Positions 57,304 through 64,000 of a stretch of 64,000 nucleotides of DNA are shown piece after piece. The notes under the pieces are model-generated. The model made no database searches and was not told the origin of the DNA. It was given only the letters and a program-made list of their open reading frames with translations. A program made the translations under genes and the position numbers. Position 1 is the first letter of the stretch. Each line of letters opens with the position of its first letter. Source of the stretch: Prorocentrum cordatum. Taxonomy: Eukaryota. The stretch spans positions 62,001 to 126,000 of the forward strand of contig CAUYUJ010000001.1 of assembly GCA_963575745.1 (NCBI GenBank). The letters are read 5' to 3'.

Positions 57304-60265
57304 CCGCTCGGCTGCAGCGACAGCCTGGGGACCCGCGCCGCCGCCGCCGCCGTCAGACTGGCCGAACTTGCACCAGACGCGAGGGGAGCCACGGCGGCAA
57401 GGCGGCCTCGCTCCTGGGCCGAGGTGCGGTCGGGACCGCCGAGGCGCCCCTCCGACGGCCTCCTGCGGGCAGACGGCGGGAGGATTCAGCCCTCCGACGT
57501 CGCAGCCGTCTGCCCCGCCCCATGGGAGTCGCGGAGCCGCTGCTGGGTTCACGCCAGCCGCCCCTGAGGCGAGAGTGGGCGGGGCTGTGCCAGCTTGTGA
57601 GAGGGCTGCCGGGCAGCCCCGTGCAGGCTTCGACGTGCTGGATCTCTACGGCAACACATGGGACCGTGCCATGGAGGTGCTCGAGGCCTACATCGTGCGG
57701 GAGGGCGCGCGCCTGCACCTCGTCACGGCCCAGGAGGGCCCCCTTGGGCCCCGCCAGCTGGAGAATGCTAGCCGCCGAGCTCGCGGCTTGGGCTACGCGG
57801 CCTTCTTGCATGATGCAGCGCCCACTGGACAGGCGGCCCCTGCCCACTCAGGAGGCGTCGGAGTACTTGCCCGTGAGGACCTTCAGGCGCGGGAAGCTCA
57901 GTGGCGAGTGCCAGGGGACTTCAAGCACCACATGATCGCCGAGGACCTGATCCACAAGGCTGGGCCTACGTCCAGTGTGATATGGGGGCGGACGGTTACT
58001 GGCGTGGCCGACGGAGAGTTGCGCGGTGGGCGAGTCACCGCGTGCCTCTGCGCGGGGCGGCTCCCCCGCGGCGCGGCCCTCGGCCTCAGGCTGCGGCGCG
58101 CGGAGCTCCGCCGGGGCCTCGACCTGGATCCGCTCGTGCTGATCACGGACCGCACGCTCTATATTCTTGCAGGGTGGTTGCACTCGGGCGAGCTCCCCCT
58201 GCCGATGCTCAGGGGTGCGCTCGAGGCTGCAGCTTCGCGGCGGGCGTCAGCAGCGGCGCCCTGGGTGCACCGCAACTTCCCCGTGGATGCAGCTGCCCTC
58301 ACCCTGGGCAGGATTGGCTGGTACTTCAGGTCCGAGCGGTGCCTCGTCACGGACGTCGGGGACATGCTGGACTCGACGCTGATGGGGCCGCGTGAGCTCG
58401 GCTTTGAGGCCTGCCTTGGGGCGAGGCGCGCCTCGGATCGGCATGAGATGCGAAAGCTGGCCAGTGCCTCTTCTTTGTATGGTTCCTCCCTTTGGGGTGC
58501 CTTCAAGGAGCTCATCGGGCCAGGAGGCAAGCTCAGCGAGCGCGAGACGAACGGGCTGGTCTCCCACCTCACGAACGCGCACTGGCCGCAGGCGAGGCTC
58601 CACGGCGCCCGCGGAAGCGGCCACGCCCGCTGCAGGCGCCTCTGGCACAGGATGTTCGAGTGCCCCATGCTTGCGGCCCAGCGGAGGGACTCGGTCTCGC
58701 CAGCGCTGATGTGGAGCGCTGTGCGGGTTCGCGCCCTCGGAGAGGCAGCAGGGGAGGACGTTGCTCGGTGCTGGTTGTCAGCGCCGCCGCCTCCTCAAGG
58801 GCCTCGCACGGACGCCATGGGTGTCTGGTGGATATGCAGGCCGCCCGACGACAAGCCCAATGGCAAGTTGAACGTGGACGGCTCGTCGGTCGACCCGCAG
58901 TTCTGCGCCTTGGGGCACGCGGGCTGGGCGATTGCTCAATGCGGCGACGACGGCAGCCTCATCGCGGGCGTCTACGGGACCGTCAGGAGGGTCCTCCGTC
59001 CACAGCAGGCGGCTCGTGGCGGTGAGGACTTCGCGGTCTGGAAGATGGTGAACTACGCGGGCCCTGCAGTCGAGGAGGTCAACATCGACTGCCACGGCAC
59101 GGCCGAGTGCTCGCGTAGGGGGCTGGCCTATGCGACGGGCCCGACCAAGGCCAACGCCCACCTCTGGAGCAGGAGCCTCGCCGCCTTCGAGCCTGGCGGC
59201 CCCAGGGTGAACAAGGTGGCCGCCCACGGCAGCAGGCAGGCGGCGCTCGACGGGCGACTCACGGAGGCGCAGAGGCGCAGCACCCTGCACGCCTACCGCC
59301 TCGCCAAGCTGGAAGCACGGCTGCACGCCCAGGGCGCCCAGACCGTGGGCGAACACTGCGCCTTGGCGGGCTTCGCCCAGGAACAGGCCTGCTGGGTGGG
59401 CCAGGCGGCGGTCTTCAGGCAGCACTTCGCGGAGAAGGACAGTGACCGCTTCCTCGAGTCCGACGAGAGGCGGCAGGTGCGGTTCGCCGATCAGGAGGAG
59501 CGGGCCGAGCTGCCCACTCCATGCAGGCCGACGGCGCAGCAGCCGCGAGTGGAGAGCGTCCGCTCGGCTTTGTTGCGCGGGCGGCCTCTCCATCACCACG
59601 GCTGGCATCCGCTGCCGCTGCCACTCCCTGACGCACGCGTGCTGCGGCGTAGGCGGGGAGTCCCAGGAGCTGGTGGCGTGCGGCAAGTGCGGCGCCGACA
59701 TGGTCCTTGGTGGCCAATCTGGAGGCCGCCCAAAGCTCAAGGAGCAGTGCATCGGCGAGAGGGCCACGGGGCAGCGCAACCAGCGCCGCCCCCGGGCTCG
59801 AGGGCTACACCCAAGTGGTCAACCACGCGGAGGTGTTCAGCAGCGCAGGGAGAAAGGTGCTGAAATCCCCGCGCTGAGGCTGCAGGGGCCGCTACCCCCA
59901 GCGGCCCAAGAGGCCTTCCAGGCATGGCTGGGCCTCGAGGGAGAGGAGGCGCCCCTGCAGCAGGTGGCAGCTCAGCAGCAGCAGCGTCGCGTGGTGCAGG
60001 CGGCTGCGAGCATTGGCCAACAACGAGGCCGACGGCAGCAGTGCAGCAAGGGACGGCGGGCAGCGCCCCGCGGGCCGCCATGCTGGCCGCGCACGGCCTG
60101 GACGTGCAGGACCTCGCCGAGCAGGTGCTGCCCGCCAACGCCGCCGCGTAGGGCCGCCGCGACCGCCCGCGGCGCGGCCGCGGCCCGCGCCCTGGCGGCG
60201 TGAGCTCGGGCGAGTAGGCTGCTCGCCTGGAGTCGCCTTCATGGCCCCGCGAATCGAATCGAATC

Positions 60266-60764
60266 GACGACGACGACGACTAGGATGACGACGGGAACAC
60301 GGCGCAGGATGACGACGACGACGAGGATGACGACGGGATGACGACGGTTTCCGAGCAGGAGGAGGAGGAGGACGACGATGATGACGACGATGCCGAGAAG
60401 AACGAGGTGGCTGGGCAGGAGGAGGAGGAGGAGGACGCCGACGACGACACGGACGGCGAAGAGAACGAGGGTGCCGAGGAGGTTGAGGAGGAGGACAACT
60501 GCGGCGACGACGACGACGGGAACGACGACTACGACAACGAGGACAGCGAAGAGAACGAGGTTGCCGAGCAGGGGTAGGAGGACGACGAGGACGGCGAGGA
60601 GAACGAGGGGGCCGAGCAGGAGGACCACCACGTCGTCGACAGCGAAGATAACGCGGGGTCCGAGGAGGAGGAGGTTGAGGAGGAGGGACGAGGACGTGGA
60701 GGAGAGGGATGACGACGACGACGCCGACGACGACGACGACGACGATGACGACGAGGACGAGGAG

Positions 60765-60797
<33 letters not shown>

Positions 60798-61999
60798 CAC
60801 GACGAGCAAGGCGAAGAAAACGATGTTGCCGTGCAGGAGGAGGACGAAGGCGACGAGGACGGCGAAGAGTTCGAGGTGGCACCGGAGGAGGAGGAGGAGG
60901 TGGAGGAGGAGGACGACGACGACGACGACGAGGACGGCCAGGAGAACGAGATTGCTAAGCAGGAGGGGGAGGAGGACGACGACGACGACGAGGATGGCGA
61001 AGAGAACGATTCGGCCGAGTTGGATGAGGAGGAGGAGGAGGAGGAGGAGGAGGAGGAGGAGGAGGAAAAGGAGGAGGAGGAGGAGGAGGAGGAGGAGGAA
61101 GCGGACGACGACGACGACGACGACGACGAGGGCGACCACGACGACGACGACGACGACGACCATGACGACGAGGACGGCAAAGAGAACGAGGTTGCCGGGC
61201 ATGTAAATGGGGATGCGACGACGAGGACGGTGAGGAGAACGAGGGGGCCGAGCAGGAGGAAAGCGACGACGACGTCGAAGCGGACGAGGGGGCCCAAGAG
61301 AACGAGGAGGAGGAGGAGGACGACGACGACGATGACGACGAGGACGACGAGGACGGCGAAGACGACGACGACGACGAGCACGGCGCAGAGAAATATGCTG
61401 CCGAGTAGGAGGGGGAGGACGACGACGAGGACGTCGAGGGGAACAAGGATGCCCATCAGGAGGGGAACGAGGAGGAGGACGACGACGACCACCACGACGA
61501 CGACGACGAAGAGGAAGAGGACGGCGACGAGAACGAGTGGGCCGAGGAGGGAGAGGAGGAGGAGGAGGAGGAGGAGGAGGATGATGAGGAGGAGAACGAC
61601 GACGACTATGACGGCGGCGGCTGCTGCGGCGGCGGCGGCGGCGACAAGAACAAGGTTGCCGAGCAGGAGGAGGAGGACGACGACGACGACGAGGAGACGA
61701 GGACGGCGACTAAGACGATGGGTGCCAAGCAGGAAGAGGACGACGACGACGACGACGACGAGGAGGGCGACGACGACGACGACGACGAGGACGGCGAGGA
61801 CGACGAGGACGGCGAGGAGAGCGAGGTGACTGAGCAGGAGGGCGACGACGACGATGACGAGAAAAGGAGGAGAAAAAAAGGTGGACGACGCCGACGACGA
61901 CGAGGAATACGAGGACGGCGAGGAGAACGATGGGTGCCAAGCAGGAGGAGGACGTCGACGACGAGGACGGCGACGACGACGACGACGTCGACGGCGACA

Positions 62000-62037
<38 letters not shown>

Positions 62038-62499
62038 GACGGCGAGGACGGCGAGGACGACGAGGACGGCGAGGAGACCGACGGGGCAGAGCAGGATGAG
62101 GACGACTGCGGCGACGACGGCCACGGCGAGGAGAACAAGAGGGCCGAGGAGGAGGAGGAGGAGGAGGAGGACGACGACGACAACGACGACGACGACGACG
62201 ATGACAACGATGACGAGGCCGAGGACGGCGAGGAGAACGAAGGGGCCGAGCAGGTGGAGGAGGAGGAGGACGACGACGACGACGACGAGGCGAACGAGGG
62301 GGGCGAACAGGATAACGACGCCGACGGCGAAGACTGCAAAGGAAACAAGGGGACCGAGGAGGAGTAGGAGGAGGAGGACGACGACGACGACGGCGAGGAT
62401 AACGAAGGGGCCCCAAAGGAGAAGGAGAGGGAGGCAGAGGAGGACGACGACGAGGATGTGGACGGCGAGGAGTTCAGGAGGAAGAGGAGGAGGCGGAGG

Positions 62500-62530
<31 letters not shown>

Positions 62531-63189
62531 CCACGACGAGGAGGAGGAGGTCGGCGACGATTTCGACGACGACTACGACGACGACTACGACGACTACGAC
62601 GACGACGAGGACGACGACGACGACGACGAGGACGTCGAAGAGATCGGGGGGGGCGAGCAGGGGGAGGACGACGACGACGACGACGAAGACGGCGAGGAGA
62701 CCGAGGGGGCCGAGGAGAAGGAAGACGACGACGACGAGGACGGCGACGACGCCGACGACATTGACGGCGACGAGAACGAGGTGGGGGGAGCCAGCAGGAG
62801 GAGGAGGAGGATGAGGACGTCGACGACAACGAAAACCAAGACGACGACGACGACGAGGACGCGGGCGAGGGCGAGGACGAGGACGACGAGGACGATGACG
62901 ACGACGACGAGGACGACGCCGAGGACGACGCCGAGGCCGACGGGGCCGATCAGGAGGACGACGACGACGACGAGGAAGACGAGGACGGCGAGGAGAACGA
63001 GGGGGCCGAGCAGGAGGAGGAGGAGGAGGAGGAGGAGGAGGAGGAGGAGGAGGAGGAGGAGGAGGAGAGGGAGGAGAGGGAGGACGACGACGACGAGGAC
63101 TGCGAAGCGAACGAGGGGGGCCGAAGAGGAGGAGGAGGAGGCGGAGGAGGACAACGACGACGATAACGAGGACGACGACGAGGATGACT

Positions 63190-63278
<89 letters not shown>

Positions 63279-64000
63279 TGGGGCGGCGAAGAGACCGATG
63301 ATGCCTTGCAGGTGGGGGACGACGACGACGACGACGTGGACGACGACGACGACGAGGACGACGACGACGACGACGACGACGAGGAGAGCGAGGGGTCCGT
63401 GCAGGACGAGGACGACGACGCCGACGACGCGGACGTCGCGGACGAGGCCGAGGAGGAGGAGGAGGAGGAGGAGGACGACGACGACGACGACGAGGTCGAC
63501 GACGTCGACGACGTCGACGACGTCGACGACGACGACGACGAGAACGAGAACGAGGTTGCTGAGCAGGAGTAGGAGGACGACGACGAGGACGGCGAGGAGA
63601 ACGAGGGGGCCGAGCAGGAGGAGGAGGACGACGACGACGATGCGGACAGCGAAGAGAACGAGGGGGCCGACGAGGAGGAGGAGGAGGCCCAGGCGGAGGC
63701 GGAGGAGTAGGAGGATGACGACGTCGACGACGATGACGACGACGACGACGTGGGCGTCGAAGAGAAAGAGGGTGCCGAGCAGTAGGAGGAGGACGACGAC
63801 GACGACGACGACGAGGACGGCGAGGAGAACGAGGGGGCCGAAAAGGAGGAGGAGGAGGAGGAGGAGGAGGAGGAGGAGAACGACGAGGATGACTACGACG
63901 ACGACGACGATGACAACGACGACGACGAGGAGGACAGCGAGGAGAACGATGCTGCAGAGCAGGAGGAGGAGGAGGAGGAGGACGACGATGACAACGAGGA
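60266..64000. repeat. Complex GAG/GAC minisatellite (right part)
   Basis: Same unit as 53411-55812; continues to the window edge. Confidence 0.9.

Larger units (their letters stand above)
55813..60265 (+). mobile_element. LINE-C: SL-headed, internally deleted (RT-less) non-LTR element inserted in (GAC)n
   Basis: SL; ORF1; APE N-terminal remnant (LYGNTWD, VTAQE, SGGVGVL); post-RT region; RNase H (NVDGS, GWAI, NIDC, NKVAAH); Cys motif (CGKCG, LKEQC); 3' tail (GAATC)3 at 60251-60265; (GAC)5-T on both sides. No RT motifs found. Confidence 0.82.

Noticed and set aside
53368..64000. Long D/E-, R/T- or V/S-rich ORFs (e.g. 53368-56925, 54670-55812, 60239-62416)
   Set aside because: Products of stop-poor GAG/GAC repeats, open on both strands with frequent frame changes.

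Overview
Eukaryotic, GC-rich, repeat-saturated DNA that I infer is from a dinoflagellate: it has perfect and near-perfect copies of the 22-nt dinoflagellate spliced leader (DinoSL, DCCGTAGCCATTTTGGCTCAAG) and AG|GC splice donors. Almost the whole window lies inside one + strand host gene, an acyl-CoA dehydrogenase. Five micro-exons (446-544, 13479-13520, 34548-34595, 41030-41108, 53343-53410; 336 nt) splice into a continuous ACAD C-terminal sequence across 6-21 kb introns. The introns hold: (i) an apparently intact ~10.6 kb LINE (ORF1 + RNase H-APE-RT-ZnF-DNMT-like ORF2); (ii) a frameshifted LINE on the - strand with poly-A tail and TSD; (iii) an internally deleted, RT-less LINE; (iv) two DIRS/PAT/Ngaro-type tyrosine-recombinase retrotransposons with split direct repeats and a degenerate DNMT-like tail; (v) several MITE families, a 90-bp satellite and large GGA/GAC/CAT simple repeats. 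The standout observation is that all three LINEs, which are different elements, begin exactly with a full-length DinoSL and sit in tandem or simple repeats. This suggests retrotransposons that use host read-through transcription plus SL trans-splicing to define and regenerate their 5' end. Most long ORFs in the supplied track are low-complexity artefacts.
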